Counted from the whole stretch's first letter, positions 11,343-23,349 are shown. The stretch: 63,719 nt of DNA, filler included, from Octopus bimaculoides (GCF_001194135.2; 6 parts of 5 records of this genome joined end to end with filler, not necessarily neighbours in it), one strand, 5' to 3'. Notes: a model not told the origin generated them from the letters alone. Numbers and translations are program-made.

Positions 11343-12539
11343 TCAATTAATCCCAACCGTTACATATTGATTGCCAACCTCCAGCCTGTTGTTAATTTGG
11401 GGCCCTAGTCTGTCTATGAGGATAGCTTCCCTAATTCTTCGATTACTCAAATTTCTGTCATTGGCCTCAATTGTGACTGTTATGATTTTGTCGGTGTTTC
11501 GGCATCTGTCTAGATGTTTTCTGAAGGAGGCTCTCGTATTCAGATGTTTTTTGATGCAAATGTGTAACGGTCTTGTTGTGCTAACCACATAGAACTTGTT
11601 GCATTTGTTACATTGTATTTTATACACAACATTTACCCGTTGGCATAAATCTGTTTCATAGATGGGGCAGTTAGCTAGTGTGCATTGATTGCTGTCCCTT
11701 GCTCGTTTCTTTGCTAGATGTCTTTTCAGAGAGGGGAAGGAGTAGGCTAGTTGTTTGTCTAGTCCTTCTCTTCTTATGTCTCTTCTGATGGCTGTAGTTA
11801 TCCTCTTGCTAAAATGGGGTATTTTAAGGAAGCATGTGTTGCTGAGTTTTCTGTGTGTTCGGCGTGTTGGTCGTCTTGGATACTTAGGCCGATTTACAAT
11901 GGATATAGGGTAGCCGTTGGTTTTCAATGCCCCTAGGAAGCGTGTGGTGTGGGTCACCTTGTCCTCTATCCTGCTACACTTGCTCTGGATGCGTGTAAGT
12001 TCGTTTCTGGCGTGTCCTATTTTGGCACCGAGTGGAAGGGCTGAATTGTTGTGAACAAGCATATCTCTACTGGCTGCTTTCCTGTAAAACTCGGTGTGGA
12101 TCTCTCCTTCTTCCGTTATTTTCAGTTGAAAGTCTCGACGTTCCACATGGTTCATATAGGTGATGGCTAGTAGGCCCGAGAGAATAGATCCCATGGGGAG
12201 ACCTGTTGTCTGTTTGTATATGTGATCATAGAAAGAAAAGTAGGTGTTGTCCACGATAATGGATAATTATTGATGTATATCAGCTGCGGCGAGTCCGAAG
12301 CAGTGGATGTCGGACTCTACTATGTAGTCAGTCAATAGGCTGACCGCTGAGTGTGCTGGTACCGTTGTGTACAGTTGGTCTGGGGGCAGTTGGCGCACTC
12401 TTTTGATGACTTCATAGGAGTTCTTGACGTGTCCAGGAAAGGTGGAGAGTATGGGTTTCAGGATGTGGAACAGGAGCCAGGATATTTTATATAGAGGTCC
12501 ACTCACTCTATCCTCGTGTATTCTAATGACGTGATACAA
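11343..12539 (-). mobile_element. Penelope-like retroelement: RT (with internal deletions) plus GIY-YIG endonuclease
   Basis: KPILS..HVKNSYE, YKQTTGLPMGSILS (RT motif B), FYRKAASRDMLVH (thumb), VVYKIQCNKCNKFYVVSTTR (GIY-YIG), RRIREAILI..PQIN. The pLTR probably continues to about 10750. Confidence 0.93.
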
Positions 12540-12830
12540 TCTGGGTAATCTACTGTTCTTTGTGATGAAGTTGTTCGTGTACTTGCTATGTATTTGTCTC
12601 CGTCTACAAATGTCAGTTCATGCAGTGTTAATTCGATCCTCAGGGGAACAAGAACACATAGCCATACACACATCCATACACACACACCAGCCATACGTAC
12701 AGACTCACAAACATACGTAACCACACACACATGCACAGGCACACATACCGCATACACACGCACACATACACACACACAGTTTTGCATAGGCACATGCACA
12801 CACACACACACACAAACATACATACACACA

Positions 12831-13249
12831 TTCATATTCTTTATTGCCCACAAGGGGCTAAACATAGAGGGGACAAACAAGAACAGACAAACGGATTAAG
12901 TCGATTACATCGACCCCAGTGCGTAACTGGTGCTTTATTTATCGACCCCGAAAGGATAAAAGACAAAGTCGACCTCGGCGGAAATTGAACTCAGAACGTA
13001 AAGACAGACGAAATACCACTAAGCATTTTGCCCGGCGTGCTAACGTTTCTTATTTCTTTATTGCTCACAAGGGACTAAACATAGAGGGGACAAACAAGGA
13101 CAGACAAAGGGATTAAGTTAATTTATCGAACCCGAAAGGATAAAAGACAAAGTCGACCTCGGCGAAATTTGAACTCAGAACGTAACGGCAGACGAAATAC
13201 GCTAAACATTTCGCCCGGCGTGCTAACGTTTCTGCCAGCTCGCCGCCTT
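12831..13249 (-). mobile_element. SINE family B head-to-tail dimer
   Basis: Two consecutive units on the minus strand joined at AATAAGAA/ACGTTAGC (about 13046-13050). Confidence 0.9.
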
Positions 13250-14671
13250 TAGATACAAAAATACTACGAGAATGCATAAAATGAAGTATGAACAGAATGA
13301 TAAAGCTAAAAAAAAAAAAAAAGTCCTGACTCATGGTAAGACTGAAAGTTATTTGGAAAAAAATGTGCTTTGTCACTTGTGACAAGCGGTTGAGAAGGAA
13401 CAAGGAGTGATATAAAAAAACGCAATAAGCAAACACAATGCAACTGAATGCACCAAACAATGGCAAGTATAATCATGGGCTGCCAGCTGTACAAGCGTAC
13501 AACCTCGTACATTATTTCCAGGTACACACACCCAAAGCAAAACAATCAGGCACTCCAATCCAAACAATAAAATCCAGTTTTTAAGGTTGAAGATAATACA
13601 ATATAGAAATCAAAAGAAATTGAAACAGAAATGAATGTTAGCCGCTTTCTCCGGTGTTTGCAGGTTTTATTTGATACAAAATAGTGGAAAATATTACAGA
13701 CTGAAAAGTAGGTTAAAATATAATTTGCAAATTTGGGGACTCATGCTACTTTTTTCTCTCCATCTACAATTCACTGGCATAGTCACGGTACATATTAAGA
13801 AAATATTATTGCATCGTTTCTTTGTGAAGAGTACGCAACTACATACGTCGAGGTTGCTATAAATACTAGGCGATCAGCCTTATCGAAGATCTCTCCTATC
13901 GAATGTATGTACACAACATAAGAAAAACTGTACCATAAAGACTGGCCTTCTGCTTCAAGGCCGTAAAATACTTTATTACCTATCAACTATTGATACTCTA
14001 CAACCCTCTGCCGAGACGCACAATGGAACGTTGTACCTATATCTGGAAAGGTGTTGTCGCTACACACGATAGACAACCTAAAAAAGTCACTTAGTCAGAA
14101 GCTTCTAGTCATTATATCTTCTTTCCTACGGTTACTGCAGTGACTTTTCCACGAAGCTGGTTTATATTGTATCACATCGCGTCTCCATCTCTTGTCGTCT
14201 GTATTGTACCTTCACCCAGGCACCGCACTAACCACTCAACCAGGTTTTACTCCCCAGAACCTTAGACCCCTTGAGTTTTTTTCCTACTCACGATTTCCAT
14301 ACAACCGTTGACTTGAAGCTATTCAACAGTTAAGTTTACTGCGAAGCGAAAGGCATATCTCTAAGGTCAACTTACAATGACATTATTTACTATGTAGCCT
14401 GTTGAGATTAAGCCAATGAAATATAGACTTCTGCGGGGCAAAGTAAATGTGATAAATGAAGTGAAAAGTTTCAATCAAGAATCAAATATGTTAGGCAAAT
14501 ATGGTTCACTAGAAGTTTACATGCACAGGCATTTATCAAATTTACCTAATAGATTATCTTATGAAACCTAGCAACTGAGATAATTATATAGTTAAGAAGA
14601 ACAATTAAATATTAAAAAAAAAAAAAAAAAAACAGATGCGAGTATATTTTATATTCAAAAGTATTACTTAC

Positions 14672-14984
14672 AGCTTGTATCCATATAAGATGGTGTAGGT
14701 GTGTTGACGACTGAACTTCGAATAGTGAACGTAGCATCCCACAAACCATAACGGTGGCAAGTTTTATTACTGGCAACATAAACAAAATTACCGCATTCTG
14801 GTAATCTACATTTTCCTGCACAATCCAAAGAACTTCTGGCAGGTTTAGGAGACAAATTCAAACCGGCGAGCGACTGAAATCTATAACCTTTAAACCGTCG
14901 AAATTGAAGACTTTTAAAAGCTTGATCATTCTTGATACTTGAAAACAATAAAACAAAAATTCCAACCACAGCTCCTCTACTCAT
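14672..14984 (-). CDS. First coding exon of a secreted PAN/apple-domain protein
   Basis: ATG at 14984. Signal-peptide-like MSRGAVVGIFVLLFSS, then F..FKGYRF...SSLDCAGKCRLPECGNFVYVASNKTCHRY with four-Cys PAN spacing. Polypyrimidine tract and AG acceptor at 15014-13 upstream of a 28-nt 5' UTR; GTAAGT donor at 14671 (phase 1). Confidence 0.75.
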
Positions 14985-16175
14985 TATGCAAGTCGTGTTT
15001 GCTTCTAAATTCCTTCGAGAAAAAGAAAAGAAAAATTGGATTGTTAAAGATTTTGAATCAACAAAATAGATAAATAACAAAGGTTATAAATCATCAGACT
15101 GGAACTAAGTACTGGATTTGTTAGTGTTATCGGTTATATTTATAAATATGGGCAGATGTCAGGAGCTATACTGTAGTGGAAGAAATTTCGAAGGTTAACA
15201 GTTATAGGAGTCGATGCTTAAACAAAGAGTCTAGTACGAGATTTGGTGATGAGACAAAGGTAGAAAAATAGCTACTTTGCAGGCTCTTTGGTATAAAGCC
15301 ATCTTGTTCGAACGAACAGGGGCAATTGCAGAGGCAGTGAAAATGTAGGAAGAAGAAACTGCAGATCTATGAGCTACTATTTGAAGCGTATTTGTGAACG
15401 AACTATTTCTACAAAGCAAGTGACATGGTTTAGGATTGGTTCAGATATATTAGATGTACACAAGTGTTTTATTAGAACCAGCATCTGATTAGGCATTATG
15501 TATTTTATGGAACTGAATAAAAAATCTTTATCTTTGAGATGCTGTTTTAGCAATGTTGTACATGTAAGGTGATCTTGAGCAATCATCAGAGATTGCAAAG
15601 TGTAGCATTTGTAGTAACTCTAACTTTCATAATTTTAAATTTATGCTGGGTGTAGAGCACTCCAGCTACTTTGATAAATGTAGTGGTTGTTTAATTATAC
15701 TGTTGAAGAAAACGTATTTGTTACTGAAGTATGTTTTCGTGATTTATTAGTATGGAAAAGGAACAGGTCTTGTGAGAGACGATTTGGTCTTGGATGCGTG
15801 TGGATGTCGTCTGTATGCAAAAGATTACGGATGAGCAGAGATTTACAGCATCTGGATAAGATGTATGCAACTAAATATAATAATCAGTAGAAAGTATGTG
15901 AGAGAGATAAGAGATAAATTTATGCTACCTGAAAATTTCACAGAATATGAGTGGGACAGAAACACAGCGCATTCTGCGATGGAAAGGTATGACTGAAAAT
16001 GTCCAATTTGAGATGTGAGAGACAGGCAGAGACAATAGGCAGACAACCCGGGTGGGTATTCATATATCAGATGCTTACGAAGGTTTTCTAAATTTCGAAG
16101 TCTTTTGGCCATATGTATGTGCGTGTGCATGTGAATATATGTATATGCATAATACGCATGCGTGTGTGTGTGTGT

Positions 16176-16214
<39 letters not shown>

Positions 16215-16843
16215 CACACATATGTATATCAAATAAATCTTATATGTATGTAAATATGTGTATGTGCGAGCGTACAAATGTATGTGAATGAGTGCATGTA
16301 TGCATGCGTTTATGTGTATGGAAAAGAAAATTATTTTGTTACAGTATTCCACAATTATTAGCGTTTATGTTTTGCGATATGCAAGAACAATAACGAATTT
16401 TTTTTTCAGTTTCAAAAGAGGAATCTTACTGTCGGCGGGGAGAAGAACATAAAAAAAACCCTCAACGTACCTGAAATTGAAAGCTATAACAAATATAACA
16501 AATATTTCAAACAGTATCGCTTAAGAATTTGAACAAGTTGATCCTCTAGCACAGAATTCACTGGTGAAATGCGCATTGATATATAGATATTTGTATAGAC
16601 ACATCTCTCTGATGTCGTAATGTATGACATATGTTATCGATGATATAGGAAGATGCAGATGCACAGAGAAACGAAATCAATATCTATGATTCACTTGATT
16701 AATTGGTGCGCCTCTCTTCATATATATATATGCATATAATGGTGCTTTCATACCGATGGGCTTGGTAAAAATTGTTAATTGTTAATTGATTTATTAATTA
16801 ATAAATTGATAATCCTTTACCCTTTTAATTTGTAATAATTATA

Positions 16844-16943
16844 NNNNNNNNNNNNNNNNNNNNNNNNNNNNNNNNNNNNNNNNNNNNTTAATTAATTAAN
16901 NNNNNNNNNNNNNNNNNNNNNNNNNNNNNNNNNNNNNNNNNNN
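16844..16943. other. Artificial scaffold spacer 44N-TTAATTAATTAA-44N
   Basis: Exactly 100 bp. Identical constructs at 28843-28942, 33720-33819, 58048-58147 and 61748-61847. The 12-mer has stop codons in all six frames. Confidence 0.95.
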
Positions 16944-16995
<52 letters not shown>

Positions 16996-17449
16996 TATAT
17001 GTGTGTGTGCATGAATGTATGTATGTAGATACATATATGTGTGTGTGTGTGTTTATATGTGCATGTGTATGTGTATATACTTTCGTGTGTGTGTGTGTGT
17101 ATGCATATCAGCCCTAAATTCTTTCTCCCATTTTTCTTGTGTGTCCGGTTTCTAAACCAACTGCTTTAATTAACTGCATGTAATTAAAAAGGAATAATAT
17201 GAGATGGCAATGCAAAGGGGGAAAAAAATAATTAAATAAATAAACTAATCTTGTAGAGTCTGCCTTTGCTTCACCCTCACCCCCACCCCCACCTCCCATA
17301 CACACATGCCCATATATTCTGGTAGGGATTTGTGGGGTTGGGAATTAAGGAATTCATCTCTGAAATTTCTTAGCTTAGTTAAACCTGGAATATCAAATGA
17401 TTGAAATTGTTGATCCATATCCAAGTAGACTGGATTATTATTATTATTA

Positions 17450-17515
<66 letters not shown>

Positions 17516-18780
17516 GGCAGTGAGCTGAATTGTTAAGCATGTCACTCAAAATGCTTAGCNNNNNNNNNNNNNNNNNNNNNNNNNNNNNNNNNNNNNNNNN
17601 NNNNNNNNNNNNNNNNNNNNNNNNNNNNNNNNNNNNNNNNNNNNNNNNNNNNNNNNNNNNNNNNNNNNNNNNNNNNNNNNNNNNNNNNNNNNNNNNNNNN
17701 NNNNNNNNNNNNNNNNNNNNNNNNNNNNNNNNNNNNNNNNNNNNNNNNNNNNNNNNNNNNNNNNNNNNNNNNNNNNNNNNNNNNNNNNNNNNNNNNNNNN
17801 NNNNNNNNNNNNNNNNNNNNNNNNNNNNNNNNNNNNNNNNNNNNNNNNNNNNNNNNNNNNNNNNNNNNNNNNNNNNNNNNNNNNNNNNNNNNNNNNNNNN
17901 NNNNNNNNNNNNNNNNNNNNNNNNNNNNNNNNNNNNNNNNNNNNGGCAGGATTTTTACGGTTGGATGCCCTTTCTAACACCAACCACTCAGCAGATTTCA
18001 GAGTCGATAAAATACATACCAGTTGAGCACTGGGGTTGATGTAATCGACCAGTCTCCTCGCACGAAATTTCAGGACTTGTGCCTATTGTAGAAAGGACTA
18101 TTGTTATTATTATTATCATCATCATCATCGTTATTGAGTGAGAGAGCAGTGCATGCCATCAAAGTAACACTGGGGTAAAATATACGAAGCCCAGTATACC
18201 CATCATTACTACCGGTCTGATAAGGGTACACCAGGCACATGCATCACAACCATATGTGTGTGACATAGTGATCTAATATCAAGATAGACAGTGCATGACC
18301 TCGCAAGTGGGGCCAAATTAGAATTTCCTTCAGGTCGAGTAGCCCACCTTGCTCAAAGGTCCCTGGAATAAGGGTTGAACAAAACACCCATGTTAAGGGA
18401 AACTGCTTTTAAAAGTGTGTGGCACATATCGGCATGGCTACTGACACAAGCATGGATGTGTGGTAAAAACTCTGCTTCCTGACCTCATCGTTTTGGGTTC
18501 AGTCTCATTGTATGGCACCTTGGGCAAGTGTCTTCTACAATTGCTTCTGCTAATTATATGGAAACTGGAAGAAGCCTGTTAGTTCTTCCTAAAATCACAT
18601 TCTGATGTCTTAGCATTGGAAGGACATATTACTTGATGTAATCTTAAATAAACTATGTCTGAATAAAAGACAGGGTGGTCACAATTTGGACACTTTCAAT
18701 CAAGAAAGTATTTTCAAATATGAAAGAAATTTCCTAGTCTGCATTTACCCTCTGTGTATGTGTGTGTGAATGTCTCTCTC

Positions 18781-18821
<41 letters not shown>

Positions 18822-19256
18822 CTCTCTCTCTCTCTTTCTGCAAAGGGGCAGTACTTTGTCCCTTTTTTTCTTCAAACTAATAAAGGGCATGTACACATAC
18901 AATAGCAATCACTTAGAGATACACAAACTTGACTTCAGTAGAAATGAGAATATGTGCATCGTTCATTTTAGATTTTGGGTTGTCAGATAAATTCATTTGT
19001 TTCTGGCCAATGTTATTGGAATTCTTCGAGTCAAGACCCTGTGATTTCTGCCATCGATTCATTTGACAAGCTAGTGGAACTTTGGCAGGAACTTCATAAA
19101 AAAAAACAAAGAGAATAAATTATTAAAATTATTTCTTAAAATTGTTAAAAAAAAAAAAAACATGGATTAAGATAAATAAATAAACAGATTAATGACTTTA
19201 TCTGATAACCCAGCAATAGTCGCAGGCTCTCTCCCTATTGTAGTGTTGATCCAATA

Positions 19257-19450
19257 CAGTGGTTCTCAACCTTTTAAATATCCGGGGCCAAAATCCAAAA
19301 CCTGGATTTTTTTTCAGGGGGCAGCACTATAATAAAAGTATAAAAATAAAGACACATGTCAATTACAGAAAGATTTATTATATTTAAAGAGGGGTGGGGC
19401 GGCGCTTGAAGGCCACATGTGGCCCTCAGGGCTATGGTTGACAACCACTG
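19257..19450. mobile_element. hAT-type MITE
   Basis: TIRs CAGTGGTTCTCAACC / GGTTGACAACCACTG (14/15); TSD degenerate. Confidence 0.75.
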
Positions 19451-19944
19451 ATCTAGCTGCTTGTACTCCTTCAGTAATGTTTTCTCGTATTTACTCCTTT
19501 CACTAATGTCATATTTTGTTTGTTTTCTTGTTGTTGTTGTTATTGTTTTGTTTTTTTTTAATGTTTCTTCCACTCCACCCCTTTCCCCTTTTTGTTGTGC
19601 TAACATTTATATTCTTTGTCTTTAATACTAACATGTCTTTCTCTTATACTCTCTCCTTTATTGCTTTGTTTTTAAGTACTCTTTATACTCCTTTCATGAA
19701 TGTAGAGACAGAAAGAGTATTAATAAAAACTCATGATCATTTTCTACCACTCTACCATTTTTGGTATTCGTTTTTTAAAATTCTATAACTTATACTAATA
19801 CTACATCAATTCCATGCATTTTATGACCAGTGGCTCGTATTTAGCTCAGGTGTAAAATCATTCAAATTTCATTCCCATCATGCACCACCTTCAACAAACA
19901 AAAATCACCCCCCCCCCTTTTCTCAATATATTATAATACACCAT

Positions 19945-20135
19945 CATTTGATATCTATTTTCCATGCTGGCATGGGTTTTGCACACACATCATTGTCATC
20001 GTCATCATCATTTAACGTCCATTTCCCAAGCTGACACGGGTTGGACAGTTTGACAGGAGCTGACCAGCTGAAGGGCTGTTCAAGTTCCCTGTCTGTTTTG
20101 GCATGGCCTCTACATCTCGATACTCTTCCTAACGC

Positions 20136-20140
<5 letters not shown>
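19945..20140 (-). mobile_element. SINE or RTE-related repeat with (GAT)n 3' tail
   Basis: CATCATCATTTAACGTCC..TTTCCATGCTGGCATGGG motif shared with 20458-20680 and 24605-24805. Confidence 0.7.
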
Positions 20141-20169
<29 letters not shown>

Positions 20170-20426
20170 NNNNNNNNNNNNNNNNNNNNNNNNNNNNNNN
20201 NNNNNNNNNNNNNNNNNNNNNNNNNNNNNNNNNNNNNNNNNNNNNNNNNNNNNNNNNNNNNNNNNNNNNNNNNNNNNNNNNNNNNNNNNNNNNNNNNNNN
20301 NNNNNNNNNNNNNNNNNNNNNNNNNNNNNNNNNNNNNNNNNNNNNNNNNNNNNNNNNNNNNNNNNNNNNNNNNNNNNNNNNNNNNNNNNNNNNNNNNNNN
20401 NNNNNNNNNNNNNNNNNNNNNNNNNN

Positions 20427-20457
<31 letters not shown>

Positions 20458-20461
<4 letters not shown>

Positions 20462-20680
20462 TCATTTAACGTCAGTTTTCCATGCTGGCATGGGTTGGAC
20501 GGTTCAACTGGGGTCTGGGAAGCCAGGAGGCTGCACCAGGCTCCAGTCTGATCTGGCAGTGTTTCTACACCTGGATGCCCTTCCTAGCGCCAACCACTCC
20601 GTGGATGTAGTGGGTGCTTTTTACGTGCCACTGGCACAAGGGCCAGAGGAGGCTGGCAACGGTCACGATCGGTTGGTGCT
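20458..20680 (-). mobile_element. Same (GAT)n-tailed repeat family
   Basis: Contains GGATGCCCTTCCTA.CGCCAACC; homologous to 24605-24805 and 17946-17990. Confidence 0.75.
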
Positions 20681-20692
20681 TACACACACACA

Positions 20693-20915
20693 TAAGGGGT
20701 TGCTGAAAAGTTCCTGGCTTTGGGGGGGGGGGGTCACGAAAGGCTTGGTTGGAGGCCCAACCTCCCAAGCTCTTTTACAGGGCTTTGAAAAACTGAAGGA
20801 CCTCTGCAATAAATGAGTGAATTTCAGAGGGGAATATGTTAAATAAAATAATAATTAACAGATCCCTCCTGTATTTTTCTTTTACCCAAAGCCAGGAACT
20901 TTTTAGCATTCCCTC
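20693..20915. mobile_element. Mariner-derived MITE
   Basis: Inverted ends GCTGAAAAGTTCCTGGCTTT / AAAGCCAGGAACTTTTTAGC with mariner-like (TA)xGAGGG termini. Confidence 0.7.
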
Positions 20916-21329
20916 CAGTTCATGTCATAAGAATTTTATAAACTTTCGAAAGAATGTGAAATGATTTTGATTTTTAAAGCATTGGCTCTCACGGCACATC
21001 CTATAAAGCTATAAGTAATACCATGTAAATATTGGGTTGAAAGAAAAATCCTTCTGCATAGAAAATGTCAAAAGCTCCTATTTATAGCTGTATGTGCTTC
21101 AAGACCCACAGTTCCTAAAAAAGAATTTTATATATGTATGTGTGTGTTATTACTTTTTGATTTTTATCTGAAGAATTATAGATAAGGAATTCTATACCTT
21201 TTTTTCTGCATGTATACTTTTGTAGCCCATTTCCAGTAAAGAAACCTGTGTAATGTGGAATTAAAGAGTTTCTTAATCCTTATAATGTAAACTACTTTCA
21301 CACACACACACATATATATAAGCTTTATG

Positions 21330-21955
21330 AATAGACTTAGTAGATGGAAACTGAAAGAAGCACATGTATAAATATGTGTGGAGTGTGTGCATGTATGTGT
21401 TTATATCTGTAACTTAGCAGTTCAACAGAAGAAACCGATGCAATAATTACCAGGCTTAAAAAACAAGTACTAAAGTTGATTTATTCAACTAAAACCCCTT
21501 TAAGGCAGTGCTCCAGAGTGGCCACAGTCTAATGACTGAAACAAGTAAAAGATGAAAGATATATGTGCAGGCATGGCTGTGTGGTAATAAGTTTGCTTTC
21601 CAGCCACACGGTTCTGGGTTCAGTCCCACTGCGTGGCACCTTGGGCAAGTGTCTTCTACTATAGCCTTGGGCCAACCAAAGCCTTGTGAGTGGAGTTGGT
21701 AGACGGAAACTGAAAGAAGCCCATCATATATGTATAGATATATATGTGTGTGTGTGTGTGTGTGTTTCCGCCATCAAAATTGGTTTGTTTACATCCCTGT
21801 AACTTAGCAGTTCAGCAAAAAAAAAAATGATAGAATAAGTACTAGGCTTAAAAAAATAAGTCCTGGGGTCAATTTATTCAACTAAAACCCTTTAAGGTGG
21901 TGCTCCAGCATGGCCACAGTCGAATGACCGAAACAAGTTAAAGAATAAAAGAATA
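21330..21955 (+). mobile_element. SINE family A: 3'-half copy followed by a full-length copy (21565-21955)
   Basis: Homology to 519-893. Confidence 0.9.
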
Positions 21956-22314
21956 TGTATTCACACACATACACTTACTCCTGTATTCCTTTCTTCAATT
22001 ACTATAGTAAAACTGACCAAAGTCTTTATTATATACTCTTTTATCTCGTAGTTAACCATCTTTCCGTTTTTTTTTTCTATACTTCTTACTGCCTGCTTGT
22101 TTTGCAATTTTTTATATTTGTTATTAGTTTTTATTTAGTATATTAGTTTTTAAATTTTTATTTTATTTGTTATATATTTGTTTAAATTGCTTTAACACTG
22201 TGTTTTTGCCCGCCCGCCTACCCTCCCCGTCCCTTGCTTTGCCGACTAACCAACAATATATTAAAAAAGCTATTTCTAACTTTTTAAAAGAGTCTACCCT
22301 GTATTGCATGGCAG

Positions 22315-22507
22315 ATGGCATCGGAAGAAATCCAGCTCGACCTCGAAGAGACAAATACGGTCGACGAAGATCACCCACATAGGAAAAAACGCCGATCTTG
22401 GAAGAACCATCGAGTCGACGTAGAGGAAGGCTTATATGCTTGCGATCAATGTGATAAAATGTTTAGCAAGCAGAGTTCACTTGCTAGGCATAAATACGAA
22501 CATTCAG
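22315..22507 (+). CDS. ZEB: ZEB/zfh1 penultimate coding exon (first finger of the C-terminal C2H2 cluster)
   Basis: KKRRSWK...[27 protein letters not shown] matches ZEB1/2 [27 protein letters not shown]. Donor CAG|GTAAAA at 22508 (phase 1). Acceptor either CAG at 22312-14 or AAG at 22288-90; an in-frame stop at 22285-87 bounds the exon. Confidence 0.93.
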
Positions 22508-23029
22508 GTAAAAACTAGCATTTGATGAACTAAGTGGTGGGGGAGGGGAGAAAAATGTACATATGCAATGTTTGGTGAATGTCTTGGATGGGTTCTATGA
22601 GAAGTTCTAAAAAAAAAAAATCATGTTATTTGAAAGAAAATGTTTACCGTTTATTGATAGTCAGCTTTCTGGTTGGGATTAGTGAATAAATTGGGAGTGT
22701 AGTTCTTGTTTCTTTGATATCCATACATTTAGTTGTGCTTTGGGAGGATCGTCTGGCCAATAATAATACATGCACTGGTTCAATTCCACTTCTTTATTAT
22801 TAGTCAAATGATTAAACATCTAACCAAGTAATCAATGGTTTGTTTGGTTTAAATCAGCGACTCTCAACCAGAGTGCATATTAGATTTTTGGGGGCCCACG
22901 GATGCAATATAGAAAATTGGGGGCCCGCAGTAATTTTTCAGAGGGCATGAAAAAAATTATGCTCCAGACCAGTAAAGTTTGTGCCATAAATTGGTTATGC
23001 GTCCACAATACACAATATATCTTAATATA

Positions 23030-23290
23030 TGGTATAGTGGTTAAGATTGTGGGCTACTAACTCCAAGATTCCAAGTTCGATTCCAAGCAGTGACCTGAAT
23101 AATAATAATACTAATAACATCGAAAAATACCTAAGGAATGAGAACCTAGGTTCAAAATTTCCCCAAGACACCTGATGAAGGCTGGAGGGTGTATCAGCCG
23201 AAACGTTGTGTTAAGAACAAACAAGATGAGGACAAATATCTGTCAAATGTAAATAATGTAAATAATTCCTCGTCTCTTAAATATAGAATT
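23030..23290 (+). mobile_element. tRNA-headed SINE with a Penelope pLTR-like, hammerhead-containing tail
   Basis: GGTATAGTGGTTAAG A-box, GTTCGATTCC B-box (23075-84), (AAT)n linker, hammerhead core at 23167-23212, AATGTAAAT tail repeats. Confidence 0.7.
23167..23212 (+). ncRNA. Minimal type I hammerhead-like motif
   Basis: GACAC-CTGATGA-A-GGCTG(10-nt loop)CAGCC-GAAAC-GTT-GTGTT. Stem I 5 bp, stem II 5 bp, palindromic ACGT stem III. Confidence 0.65.
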
Positions 23291-23349
23291 GAATTTTTAT
23301 ATAGTTCCTAATAATATTTAACCATAAAAATATTGCAGGATTTTTTTAA

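Noticed and set aside
13795-13986. 63-aa ORF as the second exon of the PAN gene
   Set aside because: An in-frame stop lies immediately upstream, no phase-compatible acceptor was found and no domain was recognised
16888-16899. Recurrent TTAATTAATTAA (PacI-like or homeodomain-site-like motif)
   Set aside because: Always centred in 44N+44N; an artificial six-frame-stop linker
23030-23095. tRNA gene candidates (also 55645-55718 and SINE A/B heads)
   Set aside because: A/B boxes are present but acceptor and T stems do not close, and they continue into repeat bodies; SINE heads
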